Shown: positions 10,012-17,317 of the stretch, piece by piece
Layout of the letters: each line of letters opens with the position of its first letter
Numbering within the stretch: position 1 is the first letter of the stretch
Assembly: GCA_963707025.1 (NCBI GenBank)
Contig: CAVPOM010000005.1
Span: 192,001-256,000, forward strand
DNA from: an uncultured Verrucomicrobiae bacterium
GTDB taxonomy: Bacteria > Verrucomicrobiota > Verrucomicrobiia > Limisphaerales > Palsa-1400
Reading direction: 5' to 3'
Length of the DNA stretch: 64,000 nucleotides
The notes under the pieces: generated by a model
Told to the model about the DNA's origin: nothing
Database searches by the model: none
What the model saw: the letters and a program-made list of their open reading frames with translations, nothing else
Program-made: the position numbers and the translations under genes

Positions 10012-10236
10012 TTAACCCCCTTTATGATCCCGGCAAAATACCAGAAACCGCTTGATCCATTGCAAATACGCCTGCTCCGTCCGCAGCGCCAGCCGGTGAA
10101 ACCGCATCACCTCCCGGCACTGCTCCATGAATTTGAGCTTGGGATTTGGCCTCAGCCTTTCCAGTGGCGCACTTGTCGCGCCGTAGCGCCGCGAAGGCGG
10201 CTGCAGCCTTTCGCCGGCGGGCGGTGGGATGTTCAT
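10012..10236 (-). pseudogene. intI: Truncated integron integrase (N-terminal SAM-like domain only)
   Basis: PKLKFMEQCREVMRFHRLALRTEQAYLQWIKRFLVF matches the IntI N-terminus; divergent from a cassette array; stops after 74 aa with no catalytic domain. Confidence 0.88.
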
Positions 10237-10252
10237 CCGGCAATAATTGCCC

Positions 10253-10281
10253 TTGACAGAGGCTGTTTTCAAGCATTTAAT
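10253..10281 (+). promoter_or_regulatory. Pc-like cassette promoter
   Basis: TTGACA-N17-TTTAAT pointing into the array, between intI and the first cassette. Confidence 0.7.
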
Positions 10282-10289
10282 GCAAAAAA

Positions 10290-10337
10290 TGAATCGAACT
10301 AGGCCGTGAAAATTCAATCGAAATACTGTTACGCAGC
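10290..10337 (+). other. Probable attI site, crossover at G/TT 10328-10329
   Basis: GTTACGCAGC is complementary (one mismatch) to GCTGCCTAAC at the end of cassette 1; no attC hairpin precedes it; left boundary approximate. Confidence 0.7.
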
Positions 10338-10631
10338 ATGAGCGCCCCGAACATATTCCTAAAGATTGGTGCGTGCCTTTGTGTTTTGATTGGCACGCTC
10401 TACGCTATATTGACCGCGCAGCTTGTCATTGACCGACCTTTCTTCAAAGGCGATGCACTCGTCATGATCATCATGACCATCTACGGATTGTTTGCGTTCG
10501 TCCCGTTCGTTGTGTTTGTCTATCCCAGATTCAAAGCACCACGAAAGCCGATTTTATTGAGTGCTGGTATTTTAGAGATTTTAGTCCCTGTCTTGTTTGT
10601 TTGGTTTTTCTTAGATGCTCTTACAGATTGA
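10338..10631 (+). CDS. Integron cassette 1: small membrane protein (about 3 TM segments)
   Basis: 97-aa hydrophobic ORF filling the space between attI and attC1. Confidence 0.8.
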   Translation: MSAPNIFLKIGACLCVLIGTLYAILTAQLVIDRPFFKGDALVMIIMTIYGLFAFVPFVVFVYPRFKAPRKPILLSAGILEILVPVLFVWFFLDALTD

Positions 10632-10643
10632 TTTTATGCTGCT

Positions 10644-10800
10644 GCCTAACACCGCGCTGGAGCCAACGCCGACTGCCCCTTCCACCTTCGCCAAGGCTAC
10701 GGTGGACAGGTGAGTTTATGAATGGTTTGAGTTATACAACGATTATCGAGTTTGCGGAGCCGCTCGCCGGTCGGCGTGGCTCAGCTTTGGATCGTTAGGC
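10644..10800 (+). repeat. attC1 (157 bp)
   Basis: GCCTAAC ... GTTAGGC with imperfect dyad symmetry (GAGCCAACGCCGAC / GTCGGCGTGGCTC). Confidence 0.93.
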
Positions 10801-10821
10801 CACTTACACATCACACAAATT

Positions 10822-11094
10822 ATGAGCACCAAATACACCAAATGGTTCGAGCAGACAGCAGCCGACCCGACACGTCGCCGTGCTGCCATTTCTGATTATT
10901 CCAAGCGGCGCACCGTTCTCATTTGTTGCGCTTTGGTTATTACTGGCTGCGCGGCTGCCACATATTTCCCGACACCGCACAGTCTCAAAGGCACAGCAGC
11001 ACTTACTTTTGCGGCAGCTATGTCGTGGATTTCATGCGCCAGAGTTGGTTCCGATCTTCGGACGCTCAAGCTACTCGACAGATTTTTACCATGA
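10822..11094 (+). CDS. Integron cassette 2: hypothetical two-TM protein
   Basis: ORF bounded by GTTAGGCCACT and its complement AGTGGCCTAAC. Confidence 0.8.
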   Translation: MSTKYTKWFEQTAADPTRRRAAISDYSKRRTVLICCALVITGCAAATYFPTPHSLKGTAALTFAAAMSWISCARVGSDLRTLKLLDRFLP

Positions 11095-11116
11095 TTGATT
11101 TGACAGATAGCCAGTG

Positions 11117-11218
11117 GCCTAACAAGTCGCCGGAGCCAACCGCCGTTGGCGCTTTTGTTTCCCGACCAGTCGGGATTCACGTCACGAGTCGGCGGTGGCT
11201 CAGCTTTTTTCGTTAGGC
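11117..11218 (+). repeat. attC2 (102 bp)
   Basis: GCCTAAC ... GTTAGGC, GAGCCAACCGCCG / CGGCGGTGGCTC arms. Confidence 0.93.
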
Positions 11219-11270
11219 GGCAAGGCACACCATAAACAAACAACACAAAACGAAGAATGCTACAAAGCCT

Positions 11271-11750
11271 ATGAAGAAGAACTTTAAGACAATTCAACTT
11301 GGACTTTGCTCCGTTTTAGCGGCGGCACTCACGGGTTGCGCCAGTTCTAGAGACTACAGTCACGTTTCCAGTCAATTTCCTCAAATCCCCGCCGGGGAAC
11401 GCCGAATTGTCTTCTACCGTGGAAACGAACTTTCTGGCGGCGGTCAATGGCATACGATTTGGTTGAATGATGCCATGATTGGCTACCTTTCATCGGGTTC
11501 GTTTTTTTATGAAGATCGTCCGGCGGGCGACTACGGCATCTCTGGCCGAGCAAAAGGTTTTTTGCATATTACACTTGAAGAAAAACCACTGGTTATATCA
11601 CTAAAAGCCAATGAGACCAAATATATCCGTTTCACACAAACAAGTGGCTTGGGAAGCATCAGGATCATTCCGACGCCTGAGGATAGTGATTCTGCGATGA
11701 AGCTTTTGCCAAAATGCTTATACAACGAAGGCAGATATCGTCTTTTTTAG
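11271..11750 (+). CDS. Integron cassette 3: lipoprotein, DUF2846-like
   Basis: Lipobox LTGC, RIVFYR, GSFFYEDRPAGDY; bounded by GTTAGGCGGCAA / TTGCCGCCTAAC. Confidence 0.8.
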   Translation: MKKNFKTIQLGLCSVLAAALTGCASSRDYSHVSSQFPQIPAGERRIVFYRGNELSGGGQWHTIWLNDAMIGYLSSGSFFYEDRPAGDYGISGRAKGFLHITLEEKPLVISLKANETKYIRFTQTSGLGSIRIIPTPEDSDSAMKLLPKCLYNEGRYRLF

Positions 11751-11765
11751 TTATGGAATGTTGCC

Positions 11766-11867
11766 GCCTAACAAGTCGCAGGAGCCAACCGCCGTTGGCG
11801 CTTTTGTTTCCCGACCAGTCGGGATTCACGCCGCGAGTCGGTGGTGGCTCAGCTTTCTACGTTAGAC
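11766..11867 (+). repeat. attC3 (102 bp)
   Basis: GCCTAAC ... GTTAGAC; close relative of attC2. Confidence 0.93.
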
Positions 11868-11889
11868 ATCACTGCGCACCTCAGAATTT

Positions 11890-12309
11890 ATGTCACTCGA
11901 ACTACACATCTTCATTCAGGACTCGCAGGTTCCGAGCCGTGATGCTTGGCAGCAAGCGATTGGGGAGGCAGGCTTTCCTACGGTCCTTGAGCCGACGCTT
12001 GACCTTCGGCGAGACACCGGATTCAGACCAACGAGCTACTAAGACCAAGCCACGGGATATGAGTTTTACCTGGAGCCGGCAGCGGGAATCCTTGAGGCTT
12101 ACCCGCACATCACCGAGCAGGTTGGCAGCCGTGATATGTGCGCGACATTTCGCTGGGGCGGCGACCTTGTTGAGTGTGCCGCAGCTATTTCGTCAGCCGC
12201 AGCACTTACGAAGCTTGCAGATGGTATTTATTTTTATCCAGACGATGACATCATTCGCACCGCCGATGATGTTGTTGAGGCGACGCGCGAGGAGTTGGCC
12301 TCGATATGA
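11890..12309 (+). pseudogene. Integron cassette 4: 139-codon gene with an internal TAA (12040-12042); absent from the ORF track
   Basis: MSLELHIFIQ...TGFRPTSY*DQATGYEFY...CATFRWGGDL...EELASI* fills the cassette bounded by GTTAGACATCAC / GTGATGTCTAAC. Confidence 0.8.
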
Positions 12310-12316
12310 CCGTGAT

Positions 12317-12415
12317 GTCTAACAAATCGCTGCAGGAAACGCGGGATGGCCGGTCCAGTTCCGCTTCGCGGTTCACGGTTTTTGGTCCGGCGTGGCTCAG
12401 CTTTTTTCGTTAGGC
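12317..12415 (+). repeat. attC4 (99 bp)
   Basis: GTCTAAC ... GTTAGGC; arms pair less well than in the other sites. Confidence 0.88.
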
Positions 12416-12426
12416 ATCATCACGCT

Positions 12427-12726
12427 ATGATTGCATTTGAGGTTTACATAAACGGACAGAAGCGATTCACAGCAGGCGGTGATTATCCGACTCTTACCAC
12501 CGCTCTGACGCTTATCCATAGACAGTTACCCAAGCCTAACGACGCCACCATCCTGTTTTCTACGACCGGCATAAAGCCAGACGAGATGGTGACAGTTGGT
12601 TCGTGGCCTAGCGAAGATTTGACCGTTGGCAACCGAGTTGAGATTCGTATTGTTGAGGTTTCTGAAGTTGACGCACCAGAATCTGTTGATAAGCATAAGC
12701 GAGCAGATGACAATGTTGATGCCTAA
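12427..12726 (+). CDS. Integron cassette 5: hypothetical protein
   Basis: MIAFEVYINGQK...; stop codon lies inside the inverse core GCCTAAC, as is typical of cassettes. Confidence 0.8.
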   Translation: MIAFEVYINGQKRFTAGGDYPTLTTALTLIHRQLPKPNDATILFSTTGIKPDEMVTVGSWPSEDLTVGNRVEIRIVEVSEVDAPESVDKHKRADDNVDA

Positions 12727-12819
12727 CAAGTCGCCGGAGCCAACCGCCGTTGGCGCTGTCAGTTCCGCTGTCGCGGTTCACGTCGCGAGTCGGCGGTGGC
12801 TCAGCTTTTTTCGTTAGGC
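12721..12819 (+). repeat. attC5 (99 bp)
   Basis: GCCTAAC ... GTTAGGC with the same arms as attC2 and attC3. Confidence 0.93.
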
Positions 12820-12848
12820 AGCAAGGCACCACACCATAAAATGAGCCT

Positions 12849-13124
12849 ATGAAAACCAGTGACATCCAGAAGCCAGACGCGACGAAGCAGATTATTCTTT
12901 CAGCCTTCGCGGTGATTTTCTTTTGCTTCATCTTACCATTTTGCAGCTTGCCGATGCGTTCAGCCGGCGGAGCCATTTTGTTCACGGTTTATTTTTGGCT
13001 TTTCTCAGGCAGCTTACGCAGCCGCAGCGGTTCACTGACGCCAGCGTATTTTTTGGCGGCGTTCATCTGGCTTTGCGCGATAGTAGTCGGCGTTCTGTGT
13101 TTTCTAGGCGCTGTCGAGTTATGA
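12849..13124 (+). CDS. Integron cassette 6: small membrane protein (about 3 TM segments)
   Basis: Hydrophobic 91-aa ORF bounded by GTTAGGCAGCAAG / CTTGCTGCCTAAC. Confidence 0.8.
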   Translation: MKTSDIQKPDATKQIILSAFAVIFFCFILPFCSLPMRSAGGAILFTVYFWLFSGSLRSRSGSLTPAYFLAAFIWLCAIVVGVLCFLGAVEL

Positions 13125-13133
13125 CGACTTGCT

Positions 13134-13290
13134 GCCTAACACCGCGCTGGAGCCAACGCCGACTGCCCCTTCCACCTTCGCCAAGGCTACGGTGGACAGG
13201 TGAGTTTATGGATGGTTTGAGTTATACAACGATTATCGAGCTTGCGGAGCCACTCCCCGGTCGGCGTGGCTCAGCTTTGGATCGTTAGGC
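13134..13290 (+). repeat. attC6 (157 bp)
   Basis: Near-identical to attC1. Confidence 0.93.
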
Positions 13291-13334
13291 ATCATTTCAC
13301 CACAAACATAAACGTCAACAAATGGAGATTGAAT

Positions 13335-13628
13335 ATGAAACTGAACATTAGGGCATTCGCGCTGACATGCGGCACACTCTGGGCGCTGGGGCTGTTTTCT
13401 CTGACTTGGTGGCTCATCGCATTCGGTGGTTCCACCGGAGAACTCACATTCATCGGCAAGGTGTATCTTGGTTACACAGTTTCGCCGTTTGGCAGCGTGA
13501 TTGGATTGGTATATGCGTTCTTCGATGCTTTGATTGGCGGTGCGATTTTTGCGTGGCTCTACAACAAGATGGCATCTTGTAACAAGATGACGGGTTGCGG
13601 TGAGGATAAGAAGCCGACCCAGCCATGA
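13335..13628 (+). CDS. Integron cassette 7: two-TM membrane protein resembling a family often annotated as bacteriophage holin
   Basis: MKLNIRAFALTCG..W...YLGY...GSVIGLVYAFFDALIGGAIFAWLYN; GGAG upstream. Confidence 0.7.
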   Translation: MKLNIRAFALTCGTLWALGLFSLTWWLIAFGGSTGELTFIGKVYLGYTVSPFGSVIGLVYAFFDALIGGAIFAWLYNKMASCNKMTGCGEDKKPTQP

Positions 13629-13629
13629 T

Positions 13630-13786
13630 GCCTAACACCGCGCTGGAGCCAACGCCGACTGCCCCTTCCACCTTCGCCAAGGCTACGGCGGACAGGTGAG
13701 TTTATGGACGGTTTGAGTTATACAACGATTATCGAGTTTGCGGAGCCACTGGCCCGTCGGCGTGGCTCAGCTTTGGATCGTTAGGT
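13630..13786 (+). repeat. attC7 (157 bp)
   Basis: Near-identical to attC1 and attC6; ends GTTAGGT. Confidence 0.93.
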
Positions 13787-13797
13787 GCTTTGACATT

Positions 13798-13879
13798 ATG
13801 AACATTATTCGCACCAGGATTATTGCCTTCTGGCTGTCGTTTTTGCTTTTCTGTTTTTTGCTCTGGATTTCCTGTGGCA
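13798..13879 (+). pseudogene. Start of a truncated cassette 8 gene
   Basis: MNIIRTRIIAFWLSFLLFCFLLWISCG runs into an inverted-repeat element; no matching attC downstream. Confidence 0.6.
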
Positions 13880-13951
13880 GGGGTCACCCATACTTTTGCC
13901 CAATTGTGCAAGGACCCGTCTCATTTGTTGGGCAAAAGTATGGGTGACCCC
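13880..13951. repeat. 72-bp element with perfect 24-bp terminal inverted repeats
   Basis: GGGGTCACCCATACTTTTGCCCAA (13880-13903) / TTGGGCAAAAGTATGGGTGACCCC (13928-13951). Confidence 0.9.
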
Positions 13952-14081
13952 CTTGACCCCTTGACTGTGCCATGCTTAGGGGCTCACTGCCGTACGTACG
14001 GCACGTATTTATCCCTTGTCCTGCTTTCCCCTTTGCCTCCTCTGACTTCTCGATGCCTTGCGAGATTAAAGCGCTTGGCTC

Positions 14082-14205
14082 GTAATGCGTCAGTGACGGC
14101 GGGACTGGGGAGGTGGGGTCGCCTCGCCGAGGCGACCGCTCCGGCGAGAATCTCCAGCGGACGGCTCGGCGAGCCGTCCCTACCCTCCGTGACTGAGGCA
14201 TTACC
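14082..14205. mobile_element. MITE-like element carrying an inverted REP pair, copy 1
   Basis: TIRs GTAATGCGTCAGTGACGG / CCGTGACTGAGGCATTAC (16/18); internal palindromes GGTCGCCTCGCCGAGGCGACC and GGACGGCTCGGCGAGCCGTCCCTACC. Confidence 0.75.
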
Positions 14206-14256
14206 TTGGCTCTGACGTCTCCTGTACTTCTCCCGCGCTCTCAGAACAGCGAGCCT

Positions 14257-14384
14257 TAGAGCAATTTCATGAAGACTGTAGCCGCACGGAAGCCGACCAA
14301 ACGGCCTCCTCTCCCCGGCCCTCTCCTCCCGAGGAGGAGAGGGAGGAGTTTCGTTTTGGCTACATCATTTCTTAATCCGCTCCA
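14257..14384. mobile_element. 128-bp MITE with IS630-like ends carrying a CCCTCTCC/GGAGAGGG hairpin
   Basis: Ends TAGAGCAATTTCATGAAGACTGTAGC and GCTACATCATTTCTTAATCCGCTCCA match the right end of the nearby IS630 at 20/26 and 18/26. Confidence 0.65.
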
Positions 14385-14409
14385 GCCTTATCCTACCTCA
14401 GTTAATGTG

Positions 14410-14530
14410 ATGCGTCAGTGACGGCGGGACTGGGGAGGTGGGGTCGCCTCGCCGAGGCGACCGCTCCGGCGAGAATCTCCAGCGGACGGCTCGGCGAGCC
14501 GTCCCTACCCTCCGTGACTGAGGCATTACC
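14410..14530. mobile_element. MITE-like element carrying an inverted REP pair, copy 2
   Basis: 121 bp identical to 14085-14205. Confidence 0.8.
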
Positions 14531-14766
14531 AGTTAAGGTTCTTCTTGCTTTGGGGTACGGGGAGAAGAACATTAACTGAGGCAGGGGTCCCGGCAGGCCG
14601 GACTGCCCTCCCTACCAACCGTGACCGGACGCATCGGCGTCAAGCGCACACCCGGTAAATCCAGGAGAAGCGCCAGGGGTCATGTCCCAGTCTTAATCCC
14701 AATCTTAATCCTAATCCTAATCTCTTCTTGACGCCATTTCTCATTTTACGAAAGAGATTAAGATTA

Positions 14767-15770
14767 GAGCGTTTCCATAAATGATATAGCTTGACTGGGG
14801 CGAGAGGGCTGGCAGGCTTGAGCCATGCGAGCGATACCCGTGTCTGCGCGCGAGCGCATCCTGCAACTCTATGAACAAGGCAAAAGCACCCGCGAGATCG
14901 CGGACTTTTTCGGCTTTTGCGTGGCGGCGGTGCGCCGGGTCCGGCAGCAGTTCCAAGAGCGCGGCACGCTCCAGCCGCAAACCCATTTGTGCGGGCGCAA
15001 AACGCTGCTGAACGCCGGACGCCAGGCTCGCCTGCAAAAGCTGGTGGCGGCCCAGCCCGACGCGACGTTGGCCGAGTTGGGGGCGCGTCTGGACCGCCCT
15101 TTCGGGACCTCCACTGTGGATTTGTGGCTGCGCAAACTGGGGTTGAGCTATAAAAAAAACGCTCTGCGCCGCCGAGCAGAACCGTCCGGACGTGGCCGAA
15201 AAGCGGGCCCATTGGCATGAGCGTCTGGCAAGTGACCCACCTGCCCGACTGGTCTTCGTGGATGAAAGCGGGGCCAACACCAAGATGACCCGTTTTTGCG
15301 GGCGGTCACCCGTGGGCCGAAGACTGGCGGCCCACGTCCCGCAGGGACATTATCAGACCACCACCCTGGTCTGCGCCATTCGTCTGGCCGGGCCTGCGGC
15401 CCCCTGCCTCTTTGAGGGGGCCATGGACGGGGAAATGTTTTTGGCCTGGATCCAGCAGGGGCTGGTGGTGGAGTTGCGCAAGGGTGACTTGGTCATCATG
15501 GACAACTTGGCCACGCATAAGGTGACCGGAGTCCGCCAAGCCATCGAAGAGGCCGGGGCAACGCTGCTGTATCTGCCGCCCTATTCGCCAGACTTTAATC
15601 CCATCGAAAATATGTGGAGCAAGGTCAAACAAATTATGCGAGGTCTCGCGCCGCGAACCGCCAAGGAACTGCTCCAAGCGGCGAAGATTGCCTTTGAAGC
15701 CATCTCCACCGCCGATTGCCGGGGCTTCTTTTTAAACGCCCGCTACGCTACATGATTTATGGAAATGCTC
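14767..15770 (+). mobile_element. IS630-family insertion sequence (1004 bp)
   Basis: 24-bp TIRs (21/24 match), TA duplication at 14765-14766 and 15771-15772, split transposase. Confidence 0.93.
14825..15755 (+). CDS. IS630 transposase in two ORFs joined at an A8 run (15152-15159)
   Basis: HTH ORF (QPDATLAEL..LGLSYKK) then DDE ORF (FVDESG, MDNL..HK, YLPPYSPDFNPIE). Confidence 0.9.
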
Positions 15771-15830
15771 TAAGATTAGGATTAAGATTAAGAATTAGAT
15801 TAGGTCACTGGCGGGCGGGTGGAGATGGTC

Positions 15831-17219
15831 TCAAGGCGGGAGCGACAGCGAGATGGGCTTTTCCCGCGGCGGAGTCGCGCCGGCGCGCGCGGCGCGGATA
15901 TTTGCCTCCAAATCCATCAGGCTGAGGCGGCGCTGCGCGGAGAAGGCATGGGTGCTTTGCGGATAGCGGCGGACCAGCCGTTCCATGGTTTCGCGGCCTT
16001 TCTGCAGGTCGCCCTGATACTTGATCTGCCAGGCCGCCATCAAGGCCAGCCACTCGGCGGCCTGAGCGGCGGAGGCCTCCGGCATGTTCAAAAGCAGTTC
16101 CATCTGCTCGAGGGCCGCGCCCACCTGGTCCAGGCGTTCGGCCAAAATCCGGGCCAGTTCTTCCCGCACCGCCATGTTGTCGGGGTTGGTTTGGAGCTGT
16201 TGCACGCAGTCGTTGGCCCGGGCGGCCGCTTCTTTCCGCTCGGCGGGCGAGGCGGGCAGGCGGGCGGCATGATCCAGGTGCCGGCCCAGCACGGGGAGCC
16301 GGAATGATTTGGGGGTTCGCCGGGCGATGACTTCTTCCCGGCTGGCGGGCAGTTGCTGGATGCGCCGCCGGGCCATCCGGCCCATGTGGGTGTCGGGGAA
16401 ACGCCGGCAAATCTCTTCCAGGGCATCCCGCGCCGCCACCGGGTCGTTGGCCAGTTGCAAGTGCCAGTCGGCCAATTGATTGAAGGCCACGCAAACCTCG
16501 GAGGGGTTGGCCGTCTCCTGCGCGCAGGTGTCGCGGATGATCCGGTCCGCCCCGGCCAGATCGCCGAAGTGATTGGCGTAAAGCCCGGCCAGCATCAGCC
16601 AGCCGGTGAAATCATCCTCCGATTTATCCAATTCCTCGAGCACGGCCGCTTCGGCTTCCTTGTACTTGTCACCGTGCATTTTGACCACGGCGCGGTGATA
16701 GGCCGGCCCGGTTTTCTCACGAAAAGCCAGCGGAATAACCCGTTGCACCATGGGCCACAGCCAGACCACCCCGGCCACGCCCGCGGCGGTCGCGCCATAA
16801 CCCCAGAGGATCAGGGCGGCCAGCGGCACCAGGAAAAAGGACATGCCCAGCACGATGTGTTTGAATTGCCCGGGGTCCGCCGCCTGCCGCCCCAGCGCCG
16901 CCAACAACCATCCCAAAGTGGCGGCCGCCCAATAAGAACTGATGATGAAGAAGCCGGTCCCCGCCACCGCGACGTAGGCCTGCAGCGTGGCCAGACCGGG
17001 CGGTGCCGCCTGAATTTGCAGGAGCAGCGGTGGAAAGTTCTCCGACAGCCCGGCATTGCAGATCAGCCAGATCATGACCGGCGCGGCCAATCCCTTGATG
17101 GCCCAGAGGCGGAGCCAGCGGCGCAGCTCCGCCGCCTGCGCATTGGGCAGCCGCCCCCACAAATTGGAAGCCGGCATCCAAACACCGGCGGCGAGCACGA
17201 TGACGCCAAGCAAAACCAT
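15831..17219 (-). CDS. Membrane protein with C-terminal TPR-like repeats
   Basis: About 5 TM segments followed by helical repeats (ARDALEEICRRFPDT, MERLVRRYPQS); start placed at MVLLGV. Confidence 0.8.
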   Translation of the reverse strand: MVLLGVIVLAAGVWMPASNLWGRLPNAQAAELRRWLRLWAIKGLAAPVMIWLICNAGLSENFPPLLLQIQAAPPGLATLQAYVAVAGTGFFIISSYWAAATLGWLLAALGRQAADPGQFKHIVLGMSFFLVPLAALILWGYGATAAGVAGVVWLWPMVQRVIPLAFREKTGPAYHRAVVKMHGDKYKEAEAAVLEELDKSEDDFTGWLMLAGLYANHFGDLAGADRIIRDTCAQETANPSEVCVAFNQLADWHLQLANDPVAARDALEEICRRFPDTHMGRMARRRIQQLPASREEVIARRTPKSFRLPVLGRHLDHAARLPASPAERKEAAARANDCVQQLQTNPDNMAVREELARILAERLDQVGAALEQMELLLNMPEASAAQAAEWLALMAAWQIKYQGDLQKGRETMERLVRRYPQSTHAFSAQRRLSLMDLEANIRAARAGATPPREKPISLSLPP

Positions 17220-17317
17220 CTTGAAATTTATGATACACGATTTTCCCCGGAAGAGCACCTCCTGTTTTTGTCGAATGCGCTTTTGGTTTTTGCGGAGGCG
17301 GCCATAATGGGCGGGGA

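Larger units (their letters stand above)
14649..15868. repeat. Right copy of the island-flanking direct repeat, interrupted by IS630
   Basis: Homologous to 9500-9707 once 14767-15772 is removed. Confidence 0.8.

Noticed and set aside
10225..10290. LexA box controlling intI
   Set aside because: Only a TGTTC half-site (10230-10234); neither TGTTC-N4-GAACA nor TATCC-N4-GGATA is complete
10601..13288. Short ORFs such as LTPRWSQRRLPL and PNKSPEPTAVG as repeated small proteins
   Set aside because: They are translations of the attC repeats
10644..13786. Regularly spaced repeats as a CRISPR array
   Set aside because: Repeats are 99-157 bp with RYYYAAC/GTTRRRY ends and the spacers are whole genes; these are attC sites, and no cas genes are present
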